A DNA stretch of 64,000 nucleotides. Source: an uncultured Bacilli bacterium. Its GTDB lineage: Bacteria > Bacillota_I > Bacilli_A > RF39 > UBA660. Position 1 is the stretch's first letter. Each line of letters starts with the position of its first letter. The position numbers and the translations under genes were made by a program. Of the stretch, positions 1 through 9,140 are shown one piece after another. The notes under the pieces are model-generated. The model saw nothing but the letters and a program-made list of their open reading frames with translations. It did no database searches and was not told where the DNA came from. The stretch is taken from positions 89,060 through 153,059 of the forward strand of contig CAKOKS010000001.1 of the NCBI GenBank assembly GCA_934095845.1. Reading direction: 5' to 3'.

Positions 1-449
1 ATTCTTTAGAATCAAGAATTGGTTTAACAAGAAAAGTTGATTTATTATTACAAAATGGTGAATCTTTAGAAAAGTATTATGACATACTTAAAAATGTCGA
101 TTGTATACTTGTAGATGAGGCTCAATTTTTAGAAAAAGAAAGAGTAGATGAATTATTTTATATTACTAAAATGTTTAATGTTCCAGTTATTTGTTATGGA
201 TTAAGAACTGATTTTAGAAGTGAATTGTTTACTGGAAGTAAAAGACTTTTGGAACTTGCTGATGAGCTTGAGGAATTAATAACTATTTGTAGATGTGGTA
301 AAAGAGCTAAATTTAATGGTAGATACGTAAATGATGAATTTACACTTGACGGAGAAACAGTAAAAATAGATGGTTCAGATGATGTTGTTAAATATGTCCC
401 ATTATGTGGAAAATGTTATTTAGAAGAAATAGAAAAGAGGAAAAATTAA
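1..449 (+). CDS. tdk: thymidine kinase, 5' end outside window
   Basis: The frame is open from position 3. The translation contains ILVDEAQFL and a C-terminal CxxC...CxxC zinc-ribbon motif (ICRCGK...PLCGKCY), both typical of thymidine kinase. Confidence 0.85.
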   Translation, partial: SLESRIGLTRKVDLLLQNGESLEKYYDILKNVDCILVDEAQFLEKERVDELFYITKMFNVPVICYGLRTDFRSELFTGSKRLLELADELEELITICRCGKRAKFNGRYVNDEFTLDGETVKIDGSDDVVKYVPLCGKCYLEEIEKRKN

Positions 450-463
450 TTTCCTCTTTAACT

Positions 464-868
464 TTATTTTAAAAGTAATTCTTTTATTTGTTTCTTTAAT
501 TCTTCATTTGACATTTTTACAGGTGCTTCTGGAGCATTAATTGTGCGTACACATTCACTAATAAACTGATTTTTTATTTCTTCAACTTGTTGTTCAGTGA
601 ATCTTTCTAAATACTCGTGACCTGCAATAAATAGTTCGTCAATGTTTTCTTCTCTCATTGCTTTTAAAATAGTTCTTTGACCTGATTTATTACAGCAATA
701 AGTAGCAATATAAACAGTTAAAACATCATCCGCAGATTTAGATATTAAAGTCATATAGTCTTCATATTCTTGAAGTGTAAAAATACTTTTTTCATAATAA
801 CAAAAAGCATGAATTAAAACTTGTCTTTGCTCTATATCAGTATACTCATTCCAATTTTTTAATTCCAT
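464..868 (-). CDS. hypothetical protein (134 aa)
   Basis: Clean ORF convergent with tdk. No recognisable motif. Confidence 0.45.
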   Translation of the reverse strand: MELKNWNEYTDIEQRQVLIHAFCYYEKSIFTLQEYEDYMTLISKSADDVLTVYIATYCCNKSGQRTILKAMREENIDELFIAGHEYLERFTEQQVEEIKNQFISECVRTINAPEAPVKMSNEELKKQIKELLLK

Positions 869-940
869 ATATTTTATTCCTTTCGTGTGTTATTATTATA
901 TTGTATATATTTTATTTGTCAAGAGTAGAGGTGAGAATGC

Positions 941-1303
941 GTGTATACTGAAGATATTTTTACTAGACTTTCTAAGTCAAAATTTAGAAGTAGTTTTCAT
1001 CTTTCAAAAAAAGATTTTGATTATATAAAAAGTAAAGGAATTGATAAAGTTAGAAGCCATGCAATAGATTTTATTATAAAAAGACTTGCACCAATGAATC
1101 CTATTAATGATGGTAAACAAACACCTATGCATGGACATCCAGTATTTGTTGCTCAACATGCAACAGCAACATGTTGTAGAACTTGTCTTTATAAATGGCA
1201 TAAAATAAAAAATGATCATGATTTAACAAACGAAGAAATTGAATATGTAGTTAATTTAATAATGGATTATATAAATATAGAAATCAATAATGCTAAGGAG
1301 TAA
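941..1303 (+). CDS. small Cys-rich protein, DUF4186-like (GTG start)
   Basis: GTG start 7 nt after GAGGTGA. CCRTC...H motif. The stop lies 3 nt before the next start. Confidence 0.5.
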   Translation: MYTEDIFTRLSKSKFRSSFHLSKKDFDYIKSKGIDKVRSHAIDFIIKRLAPMNPINDGKQTPMHGHPVFVAQHATATCCRTCLYKWHKIKNDHDLTNEEIEYVVNLIMDYINIEINNAKE

Positions 1304-1306
1304 AAT

Positions 1307-2002
1307 ATGGATTTTGAAAATATTGGAAAATTGATAAAAGAATTAAGAATAAAAAATAATATGACTCAAAAAGAATTTGCAGAAAAATATAATGTTACAT
1401 TTCAAGCAGTTTCTAAATGGGAAAATGGTATAAATATTCCAGATGTTTCTTTACTTAAACAAATAAGTAGAGATTTTAATATTAGTTTAGATGAACTTTA
1501 TGAAGGTAAAATAAAATCCAAATCCAATAAAAATAAATTAATAGTTATATTAATAACAATTATAATAACTATTAGTTTAATAATTTTTGTAATTTGTCAT
1601 AAAAAAGATGATAATAAATTTAACTTTAAAACTTTATCTTCTACTTGTTCAAGTTTTACTATAAATGGAAATATTTCTTATAATAAAAGTCAATCTTCAA
1701 TTTATATTACTAATATAAATTACTGTGGAGGAGATAATAATTTAAAATATAAAAAATTTAACTGTGTTCTTTATCATAAAGAAAAAAATGAAGACAGAAT
1801 CATCAGTAGTTATGATTATGATGGAAAAGCAATTACTTTAGAAGAATTTTTAAAGAAAGTTACATTTATAAAATCGGATTTTAATAATAAATGTAATGAT
1901 TATAATAATCATAGTTTGTATTTAAAGATAGAAGTATTTTTAGATGATAATACTTCAACTTTATATAAAGTACCACTTGAATTAAATAAATGTGATAAGT
2001 AA
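1307..2002 (+). CDS. XRE-family HTH membrane protein (anti-sigma-like: N-terminal HTH, one TM, extracytoplasmic domain)
   Basis: N-terminal Cro/C1-type HTH (MTQKEFAEKYNVTFQAVSKWENG). Hydrophobic stretch LIVILITIIITISLIIFVI. The RBS AGGAG lies inside the upstream gene's end, indicating translational coupling. Confidence 0.6.
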   Translation: MDFENIGKLIKELRIKNNMTQKEFAEKYNVTFQAVSKWENGINIPDVSLLKQISRDFNISLDELYEGKIKSKSNKNKLIVILITIIITISLIIFVICHKKDDNKFNFKTLSSTCSSFTINGNISYNKSQSSIYITNINYCGGDNNLKYKKFNCVLYHKEKNEDRIISSYDYDGKAITLEEFLKKVTFIKSDFNNKCNDYNNHSLYLKIEVFLDDNTSTLYKVPLELNKCDK

Positions 2003-2091
2003 TTCTATTTATGGTCTAGTTAATTCAACTTTAAAGTTATTATAAATTTCTATTTTTAGTAGTAATATTTTTTCTAGAAAGGAAGGATATT

Positions 2092-2784
2092 ATGAAAAAG
2101 AAAATTTTATGGGGATGTGTATCTTTAGTTTTAATTGTTGTTGGAATAGTTATTGGTTATTTAATTAATACTACTAATAATAATAATCTTCAAAAGTTAC
2201 CTAAACCAGAAGTGACTGGAGGAGAAAGAGGTAAACTTGGAATAGATAAAAATATTAATGAAGAAACTATTGATAATTATCTAAATAGAAGTGATTCAGT
2301 TTATTATGATGTTAGAATGCTTAAAGATGATGCTAATTGGGAAAGTATTAATGGAGATTCATATTTAAGTGGATTTGTTAATGGATTTGAAGTTTTTCCT
2401 TATCCATTTATAGCTAATGATAGTATAAGTTCAGAACTAGAAAGTATTGTTGGTAAAGGCTATAATGGGCCATCTCTTTTTAATAACGAAGATGGTAAAT
2501 ATGTTGCTAACTATAAAGAGTCATTAGAAATACTAGAATTCTTATTTCCAAAAGATAAAAATATTTTCTTGATGTGTGGTGGCGGTGGATATGCTGGCCA
2601 AACAAAGAATTTGCTTGTTTCTCTTGGATGGGATGAAAATAAAATTTATGATGTTGGTGGATATTGGTATTATAATGGGAAAAATAATATAAATGTAAAA
2701 ACTTCTAGAAATGAAAAAACAGTATATGATTTCTGGAAAGTAAAATACCATTCAATAGATTTTAAAAGTTTAACAAAGGAATAA
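2092..2784 (+). CDS. hypothetical membrane-anchored extracytoplasmic protein
   Basis: RBS GGAAGGA. N-terminal TM/signal anchor. No recognisable domain. Confidence 0.5.
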   Translation: MKKKILWGCVSLVLIVVGIVIGYLINTTNNNNLQKLPKPEVTGGERGKLGIDKNINEETIDNYLNRSDSVYYDVRMLKDDANWESINGDSYLSGFVNGFEVFPYPFIANDSISSELESIVGKGYNGPSLFNNEDGKYVANYKESLEILEFLFPKDKNIFLMCGGGGYAGQTKNLLVSLGWDENKIYDVGGYWYYNGKNNINVKTSRNEKTVYDFWKVKYHSIDFKSLTKE

Positions 2785-2786
2785 AA

Positions 2787-3233
2787 ATGAAAAAGTTTGT
2801 TATTTTAATTATAATTTTATCAATTTTTATTGTAGGTTGTTCAGAAAAAAAGTTTTATTTAAGTGGTGAGTATTATAAAAGTGATGTACTTGAAATAAAT
2901 GACAATGATCTTGATAATTTAATTAATAATAAAAAGAGTTTTATTTTATTTGTATATAATCCCTTTTGTAACTTTAAAGTATCTTGTGAAGAGGTATTCG
3001 TTAATACTTTAAAGAATGAAAATATAACTTTACTAAAAATACCATTTAATAGTTTTAAATTATCAAGACTTTATAAAAAGGTAAAATATGGACCATCAAT
3101 TTTGATTATTAATAATGGTAAATTAGTTAAATACTTAGATGCATCTGATGATAATGATTATGATATTTATCAAGATGAAGATAAGTTTAAAGAGTGGTTA
3201 TCGCTTTACATTTATTTAAGTAAAAAGGACTAA
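2787..3233 (+). CDS. putative lipoprotein
   Basis: Lipobox ...FIVGC at the N-terminus. Tightly coupled to the upstream ORF. Confidence 0.5.
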   Translation: MKKFVILIIILSIFIVGCSEKKFYLSGEYYKSDVLEINDNDLDNLINNKKSFILFVYNPFCNFKVSCEEVFVNTLKNENITLLKIPFNSFKLSRLYKKVKYGPSILIINNGKLVKYLDASDDNDYDIYQDEDKFKEWLSLYIYLSKKD

Positions 3234-3279
3234 TAAATAAAAATCCTTATGGTATAATAATACAAGAAGGATGGTGTAT

Positions 3280-4161
3280 ATGGAAAAAACAAAAGTTTAT
3301 TTTACAAGTAAAATTACTCCAGAATCTTTAGTTGAAATTTATAAATCTTTAGGAGTAACTTTAAATGGCAATGTTGCAGTTAAACTTCATTCTGGTGAAG
3401 ATGGAAATCAAAACTATGTTAAGCCAGAATTTGTAAAAGACATTATTAACTATGTTAATGGTACTGTAGTTGAATGTAATACTGCCTATAATGGTGCTAG
3501 AAATGAAACTTCAAAGCATAAAGAATTAATGGAAAAACATGGATGGAATAAATATTTTAACGTAGACATTATGGATAGCGATGGATATGTTGAATTACCA
3601 ATAGAAAATGGAAAAGTAATAAAGAAAAATTATGTAGGAAAGTCTTTAAATAATTATGATTCTATGTTAGTGTTATCACATTTTAAAGGGCATCCAATGG
3701 GTGGATATGGTGGTGCTTTAAAACAACTTTCAATTGGAGTTGCTTCTAGTGAAGGAAAATCTTATATTCATTCAGCTGGAAAGATAATGGATCAGAATAA
3801 ACTATGGGATAATATTCCAGAACAAGATTTATTTTTAGAAAGTATGGCAGATGCTGCAAGTTCAGTTCATAATCACTTTAAAGATAATATTGCTTATATT
3901 AATATGATGGTAAATATGAGCGTTGATTGTGATTGTTGTGCAAAAGCAGAAGATCCTTGTATGAAAGATATTGGAATTTTTGCTTCCCTTGATCCAATTG
4001 CTATTGATCAAGCTTGTATAGATTTAGTAATGAAATCAAATGATCCTGGTAGAGATCATTTACTTGAAAGAATTAATTCTAGACATGGAATTCATACTAT
4101 AGAGGCTGCAAGTGAACTTGGTTTTGGTTCTAGAGAATATGAATTAATTAATATAGATTAA
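3280..4161 (+). CDS. DUF362-family protein (putative Fe-S binding)
   Basis: ATG at 3280 lies 8 nt after AAGAAGGA; the ORF-track start at 3271 is too close to the RBS. Cys cluster VDCDCC...C. Confidence 0.55.
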   Translation: MEKTKVYFTSKITPESLVEIYKSLGVTLNGNVAVKLHSGEDGNQNYVKPEFVKDIINYVNGTVVECNTAYNGARNETSKHKELMEKHGWNKYFNVDIMDSDGYVELPIENGKVIKKNYVGKSLNNYDSMLVLSHFKGHPMGGYGGALKQLSIGVASSEGKSYIHSAGKIMDQNKLWDNIPEQDLFLESMADAASSVHNHFKDNIAYINMMVNMSVDCDCCAKAEDPCMKDIGIFASLDPIAIDQACIDLVMKSNDPGRDHLLERINSRHGIHTIEAASELGFGSREYELINID

Positions 4162-4180
4162 GGCATTTTTGCCTTTTTTT
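4160..4180 (+). terminator. rho-independent terminator
   Basis: Hairpin aaggca-tttt-tgcctt followed by a T7 run, overlapping the stop codon. Confidence 0.6.
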
Positions 4181-4228
4181 TATTTTGTCTTTATTGTATA
4201 ATTATCTATAGAATAGGTGAGTGCGGAT

Positions 4229-5632
4229 ATGAAGAAAAAAATAATTTTTGGAGTAATTATGTTTGTATTAGGAGTAACAGCATCTTATGGAGCTGATTTA
4301 ATATTGGGTGAAGAGGTTAGTTTTAGTAATGGTACATCTAACTTAAAAGCAAATAATGTACAAGATGCAATAGAAGAAATATATAATAAAACAATAGACA
4401 ATTCATCATGTAAAAATGTAAGTGCACCAAAATTAGGTGAAAGCTTAGTTCCAGTAACAATAGAAAATGATGGAACAGTAAAATATGCAGATACATCAAA
4501 AAACTGGTATAACTATTGTGATAAAATATGGGCAAATGCAGTAATACTTGAAGATGGTGCAAGTTATAATGTTGGAGATACAATAAGTGAATCTGATATA
4601 CAATCATATTTTGTCTGGATACCAAAATATAAATATAAATTATGGAATACAGGAACTTCTAGCAAAGGAGTACATGAGATAGAAATAGTGTTTGATGAAA
4701 CAAATACAACGGATATAGAAGGAGTATCATGTAAAACACCAATGATAAGTGGGGAAAGTGGAAACTGTAATAATGGAGAATATATGACACATCCAGCATT
4801 TATAAGTATGAATACAAATGGATTTTGGGTAGGAAAGTTTGAAACAGGTTATAAAAGAGCAACAAGTGCGTCCGCAGCTCAAGTAAATGCAAATGATACA
4901 AGTAAAGTTATAATAAAACCAAATGTATATAGTTGGAGAAACATAAGTGTTTATAATGCGTTCCTAAATTCATATAATTATCAAAGAAATTTAGATTCAC
5001 ATTTGATGAAAAATACAGAATGGGGAGCAGTTGCATATCTTTCACATTCGTTATATGGGAAAGGGTTAGAAATAAATATCAATAATAATTCAAGTTTCAA
5101 GACTGGATATTCAGCATTACCTTCAACGAATCAACAAATATATCCAGGAACAAGTGGAGATGGAGCAACATACAACTCTTCATACAATACAGATATTGGA
5201 TATCTTGCAAGTACAAGTGGAAATATAAGTGGTGTTTATGATATGAGTGGTGGAGCTTGGGAATATGTATCTTCATATATAAGCGGAAAGTTAGGATCTA
5301 GTGGATTTAGTACAACAAATTTAGCAAATTATGATAGTAAGTATTTTGATGTTTATAATGTATCATCAGCAATTAGTACTTACCAATATAGAATTTTAGG
5401 AGATGCCACAGGAGAGATGGGACCATTTAAACAATACTTAGACGGAGACAATAACTCAAGATGGCATTCCAGTTGGTATGGCGACCATTCGGACTTTGTG
5501 GACTCTTCTTTCCCTTGGTTCAATCGAGGCGGGCATTACCCTATTGGCGTGCTTGCGGGGGCTTTCGTTTTCTCTAGGTACACTGGATGGACTAACAGCA
5601 ACGGTGGTTTCCGCCTAGTTCTAACTCCTTAA
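4229..5632 (+). CDS. secreted protein with C-terminal FGE-sulfatase (SUMF1/C-type-lectin fold)-like domain
   Basis: ATG at 4229 lies 7 nt after AGGTGAG; the ORF-track GTG at 4217 is less likely. N-terminal signal peptide MKKKIIFGVIMFVLGVTASYG. FGE-family motifs NTEWGAVAYL, VYDMSGGAWEYV, NRGGHY and a terminal GGFRLV. An extended -10 tgtataat lies at 4196-4203. Confidence 0.6.
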   Translation: MKKKIIFGVIMFVLGVTASYGADLILGEEVSFSNGTSNLKANNVQDAIEEIYNKTIDNSSCKNVSAPKLGESLVPVTIENDGTVKYADTSKNWYNYCDKIWANAVILEDGASYNVGDTISESDIQSYFVWIPKYKYKLWNTGTSSKGVHEIEIVFDETNTTDIEGVSCKTPMISGESGNCNNGEYMTHPAFISMNTNGFWVGKFETGYKRATSASAAQVNANDTSKVIIKPNVYSWRNISVYNAFLNSYNYQRNLDSHLMKNTEWGAVAYLSHSLYGKGLEININNNSSFKTGYSALPSTNQQIYPGTSGDGATYNSSYNTDIGYLASTSGNISGVYDMSGGAWEYVSSYISGKLGSSGFSTTNLANYDSKYFDVYNVSSAISTYQYRILGDATGEMGPFKQYLDGDNNSRWHSSWYGDHSDFVDSSFPWFNRGGHYPIGVLAGAFVFSRYTGWTNSNGGFRLVLTP

Positions 5633-5688
5633 GATATACAATTGTATATCTTTTTTTTGTCAAATAATATAAATATGTGCATATACTA

Positions 5689-5744
5689 TTGACAGTTGAA
5701 TAGTTATTCAACTATAATTAATTCAGTTGAACGATTATTCAACT
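5689..5744 (+). promoter_or_regulatory. cadC promoter with two ArsR/SmtB-type inverted-repeat operators
   Basis: -35 TTGACA at 5689-5694. Inverted repeat gTTGAATAgtTATTCAAc at 5695-5712 fills the spacer, followed by -10 TATAAT at 5713-5718. A second inverted repeat aGTTGAAcgattaTTCAACt lies at 5725-5744. Confidence 0.55.
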
Positions 5745-5755
5745 ATGGAGGAAAT

Positions 5756-6124
5756 ATGAAAGACATTGAAATATGTGATTGCAATGTTATACATGAAGCA
5801 ATTGTTAATCAAACAAAAGAAAAAATGCTTGATAATGATTTTATAAATGAAATATCTTTATTTTTTAAAATATTAGGAGATAATACAAGAGTTAAAATTT
5901 TATTTGCCTTAGATAATAACGAAATGTGTGTTTGTGATATAGCAAATGTTTTAAACATGACTAAATCATCTATATCACATCAATTAAGTTTCTTAAAACA
6001 AAATAACATTGTTAAATGTAATAGGGTTGGTAAAGAAGTTTATTATTCTTTAGATGATGAACATGTTAAAGAAGTATTTGAAGTTGCCATTTCACATATC
6101 AAACATAGAAAGGATAATTTATGA
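5756..6124 (+). CDS. cadC: ArsR/SmtB-family metalloregulator (CadC-like Cd/Pb/Zn sensor)
   Basis: ATG at 5756 lies 5 nt after GGAGG. N-terminal Cys pair (ICDCN) and alpha-4 CVCD metal site. Winged HTH TKSSISHQLSFLK. The stop overlaps the cadA start (ATGA). Confidence 0.8.
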   Translation: MKDIEICDCNVIHEAIVNQTKEKMLDNDFINEISLFFKILGDNTRVKILFALDNNEMCVCDIANVLNMTKSSISHQLSFLKQNNIVKCNRVGKEVYYSLDDEHVKEVFEVAISHIKHRKDNL

Positions 6125-8145
6125 AAAAATATAGATATAATATAAATAATCTTGACTGTGCTAACTGTGCTAGAGAAATAGAAGAACATATGAATTCTTT
6201 AGATGACTTTAATAATGTTGTCGTTAATTTTAGTACTTCAAAAGTTAGCTTTGAAAGTGATAAAAATTATAGCCTTAATGAGCTAAATAAGATTATTACT
6301 TCTGTAGAACCTGATGCATATTTAAGTGAAAATGAAGAAACAGAAAAAAGTGATTTTCATCTTAGTTTGCTTATTGTTGCTGTGTTAACAAGCGTTATTA
6401 CTTATACATCTAATATGCCAGATATTATAAAAACTATTTTATATATTATATGTTATATAATGCTTTTATATAAAACTACAATAAATGCCATTAATCTTTT
6501 GTTTAAAAGTCATACATTAAATGAAAATGCTTTAATAACAATTTCTTGTTTAGGTGCATTTTTTATTGGTGATGTTTTAGAAGGTGTTATGGTTATAGCA
6601 CTTTATACAGTTGGTAAAATTTTAGAAACAAAAGCTATAAATAATTCTAGAAAGTCTATTAAAGATTTGATAAATATTAAACAAAATTATGCTAATCTAC
6701 TTAAAGATGATGAAATAGTTAAAGTTGATGTAGAAAATATTAAAATTGATGATTTAATGGTTGTTAAAGTGGGAGAAAAAATACCGGTGGATGGAGTAGT
6801 TGTAGATGGAAAAAGTTTTTTAGATACATCTTCACTTACAGGTGAATCAGAATCATTATTAGTAAAACAAGGAGATAAAGTTTTATCTGGTTCTATTAAT
6901 GAAAATGATGTTTTAACTATTAAAGCAACAAATGTTTATTCAACTTCAACAGTGTTTAAAATTCTTGAACTTCTTGAAAGCGCAACTGATAAAAAAACTA
7001 AAACTGAAACAGTAGTAGCAAAAATAAGTAAAATTTATACACCAATTATTTTAATATTAGCTGTTCTTTTAGTAATGTTTTTACCACTTATAGGAATAGA
7101 ATTTTATGATGCTCTTTATAGAGGACTTACATTCTTAGTAATATCATGTCCTTGTGCAATAGCCATATCTGTTCCTTTATCTTATTTTACTGGAATAGGT
7201 TTATCTAGTAAAAATGGTATTTTAATAAAGGGTAGTAATTATTTAGATAATTTAAGTAATGCTAAAAATATTATATTTGATAAAACAGGAACAATTACTG
7301 ATGGAACTTTTAAAGTAACTGAAATAGATATTAAAGATAATAATTATACTTTAAAAAGTGTTACTGATATTTTAGTTTTAGGTGAAAGTTTTTCAACACA
7401 TCCAATTGCTAAATCTATTTTAAAATTAAATCACGGTAAAGTTGATAAAAAGAAAGTACTTAATTATAAAGAAAAAAGTGGGGCAGGAATAGAATTTGAT
7501 TATGAAGGTAAACATGTATCAATTGGTAATAAAAAATTATGTGGTTGCTCTTATATTTCAACACTACATTTAAATATAGATGGTAAACATATTGCATCAA
7601 TAAAAATAGATGATGGTATTAAAGATAATGCCGGTGAAGTTATCAAATATTTAAATAAAAAAAACATAAATACTTATATGTTTACTGGAGATAAACGTGA
7701 AGTTGCTACATTTATTGGAAAAAGTGTAGGGATTAAAAATATTGAATCAGAATTATTACCTACAGATAAATTTCATATGTATGAAAATGTATCAAAAAGT
7801 GGTATAACAATTTTTGTTGGAGATGGAATAAACGATGCTCCAGTTTTAAGAAGAGCAGATATTGGTATTTCTATGGGAAGTCTTGGATCTGATGCTGCTA
7901 TTGAAGCTAGTGATATAGTTTTAATAAGTGACGATTTAAGTAAGATTAAATCAGCTATTGAAATATCAAAATATACAAAGAAAATAATAAAAGAAAATTT
8001 AATATTCGCGTGCTTAGTTAAAGCAATAATTCTTTTATTAAGTGTTCTTGGGTTAGCAAATATGTGGTTAGCTGTATTTGCTGATACAGGAGTTACATTA
8101 CTTACAATTTTAAATACTCTTAGAATAATGAAGAAAAAATACTAA
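6121..8145 (+). CDS. cadA: heavy-metal (Cd/Zn) translocating P1B-type ATPase
   Basis: HMA domain with CANC. Signature motifs CPC, DKTGTIT and GDGINDAP. Confidence 0.9.
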   Translation: MKKYRYNINNLDCANCAREIEEHMNSLDDFNNVVVNFSTSKVSFESDKNYSLNELNKIITSVEPDAYLSENEETEKSDFHLSLLIVAVLTSVITYTSNMPDIIKTILYIICYIMLLYKTTINAINLLFKSHTLNENALITISCLGAFFIGDVLEGVMVIALYTVGKILETKAINNSRKSIKDLINIKQNYANLLKDDEIVKVDVENIKIDDLMVVKVGEKIPVDGVVVDGKSFLDTSSLTGESESLLVKQGDKVLSGSINENDVLTIKATNVYSTSTVFKILELLESATDKKTKTETVVAKISKIYTPIILILAVLLVMFLPLIGIEFYDALYRGLTFLVISCPCAIAISVPLSYFTGIGLSSKNGILIKGSNYLDNLSNAKNIIFDKTGTITDGTFKVTEIDIKDNNYTLKSVTDILVLGESFSTHPIAKSILKLNHGKVDKKKVLNYKEKSGAGIEFDYEGKHVSIGNKKLCGCSYISTLHLNIDGKHIASIKIDDGIKDNAGEVIKYLNKKNINTYMFTGDKREVATFIGKSVGIKNIESELLPTDKFHMYENVSKSGITIFVGDGINDAPVLRRADIGISMGSLGSDAAIEASDIVLISDDLSKIKSAIEISKYTKKIIKENLIFACLVKAIILLLSVLGLANMWLAVFADTGVTLLTILNTLRIMKKKY

Positions 8146-8202
8146 TTTAAGTATTTTTTTTGGTAATATAATAGGTGTAGTAATTTAAAAGGAAGTGTTG
8201 TT

Positions 8203-9108
8203 ATGCGCATTATAAGTTTTGGTAATCTTTACTGTGATTATTATATTAAAGATGGAAGTAATATATTTGTAAGTGGTGGAAAAAGCAATGCAAATATTTT
8301 AGCTAACTTAAGTAAATATTTTAAATGTGCATTTTATGGAATTAAAGGAAATGATCAAGAAGGAGAAATTTCTTTAAAAAGTTTAGAAGAAATGAATATA
8401 GAAACAAGTATTAGAACTATTAAAGAGGAAACTAAAACTCGATTTATAAATGGTAATAATTTTTCTAATATATGTCCTTATTGTAAAAAAGAATATGGTT
8501 ATGTTGGTAATAAAATGTCTTTAAATGATTTAGATGGACATATAGAAGAAGATGATTATTTTGTTATAGATAATTTAGATGATTTTACAATAAATGTTTT
8601 AAATAAATATTCTAATGAAGCATTTTTAAATTTAGAAGAAATTGATGATATAGAAACGTTTGGTTTTAAAGAACTTAGTGATATTTTAAATAAAAGATTT
8701 AATATAATTTGTTTAAATGAAGAAGTATATTATTATCTTAAAGATAAATTTTTAATAGATTCATATGATTTATATGATAGTTTTGAACCTAAAATTCTAA
8801 TCATTAATAGGTCTTTACGTGGATGTGATATTATCTATGATAATAATTTTATAAAAAAGACAATTGAAGAAAAAATAAAATATGTTGATTTAAATGGAAT
8901 AGGTGATGCTTTCTTTTCAGAATTTGTAAGAACTTTTATAGAAGAAAAAGAAACTACAGAAAAAATGATTAGTAAGGCTTTTATCAGAGCTTTAACAAGT
9001 ATAAGTGTGTGTGCTAAACATTTAGGTACTAGAGGACATTTAATTAAACCTTATAAAATAAAAAGTTATAATAAATGCATTTGTAAAGATATTGTTATAG
9101 ATAAATAA
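8203..9108 (+). CDS. PfkB-family carbohydrate-kinase-like protein (divergent)
   Basis: N-terminal GGKSNANIL resembles the PfkB GG motif. C-terminal NGIGDAF resembles the DTTGAGDAF anion hole. There is an inserted CPYC motif. Confidence 0.45.
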   Translation: MRIISFGNLYCDYYIKDGSNIFVSGGKSNANILANLSKYFKCAFYGIKGNDQEGEISLKSLEEMNIETSIRTIKEETKTRFINGNNFSNICPYCKKEYGYVGNKMSLNDLDGHIEEDDYFVIDNLDDFTINVLNKYSNEAFLNLEEIDDIETFGFKELSDILNKRFNIICLNEEVYYYLKDKFLIDSYDLYDSFEPKILIINRSLRGCDIIYDNNFIKKTIEEKIKYVDLNGIGDAFFSEFVRTFIEEKETTEKMISKAFIRALTSISVCAKHLGTRGHLIKPYKIKSYNKCICKDIVIDK

Positions 9109-9140
9109 ATAAACTTATTGTATAATATTAATACTTGGTG

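Noticed and set aside
1004-1219. Antisense or embedded short ORFs from the six-frame track: 1004-1219-, 2542-2751-, 4338-4625-, 11190-11384-, 15162-15401+, 15821-16057+, 25523-25708+, 25835-26104+, 32692-33012-, 33102-33500-, 33127-33342-, 38047-38259-, 39079-39459-, 40123-40335-, 40818-41063-, 43660-43887-, 45610-45792-, 48356-48589-, 48622-48825-, 50232-50531-, 50501-50683-, 50568-50870-, 61208-61405-.
   Set aside because: All lie fully inside well-supported genes on the opposite strand or in another frame. They have low-complexity Leu/Phe/Ile-rich translations typical of AT-rich antisense frames and no RBS.
5696-5755. Longer cadC ORF starting at 5696 (MNSYSTII...).
   Set aside because: It would begin inside the promoter and operator. 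The ATG at 5756 has a GGAGG RBS and gives the canonical CadC N-terminus.
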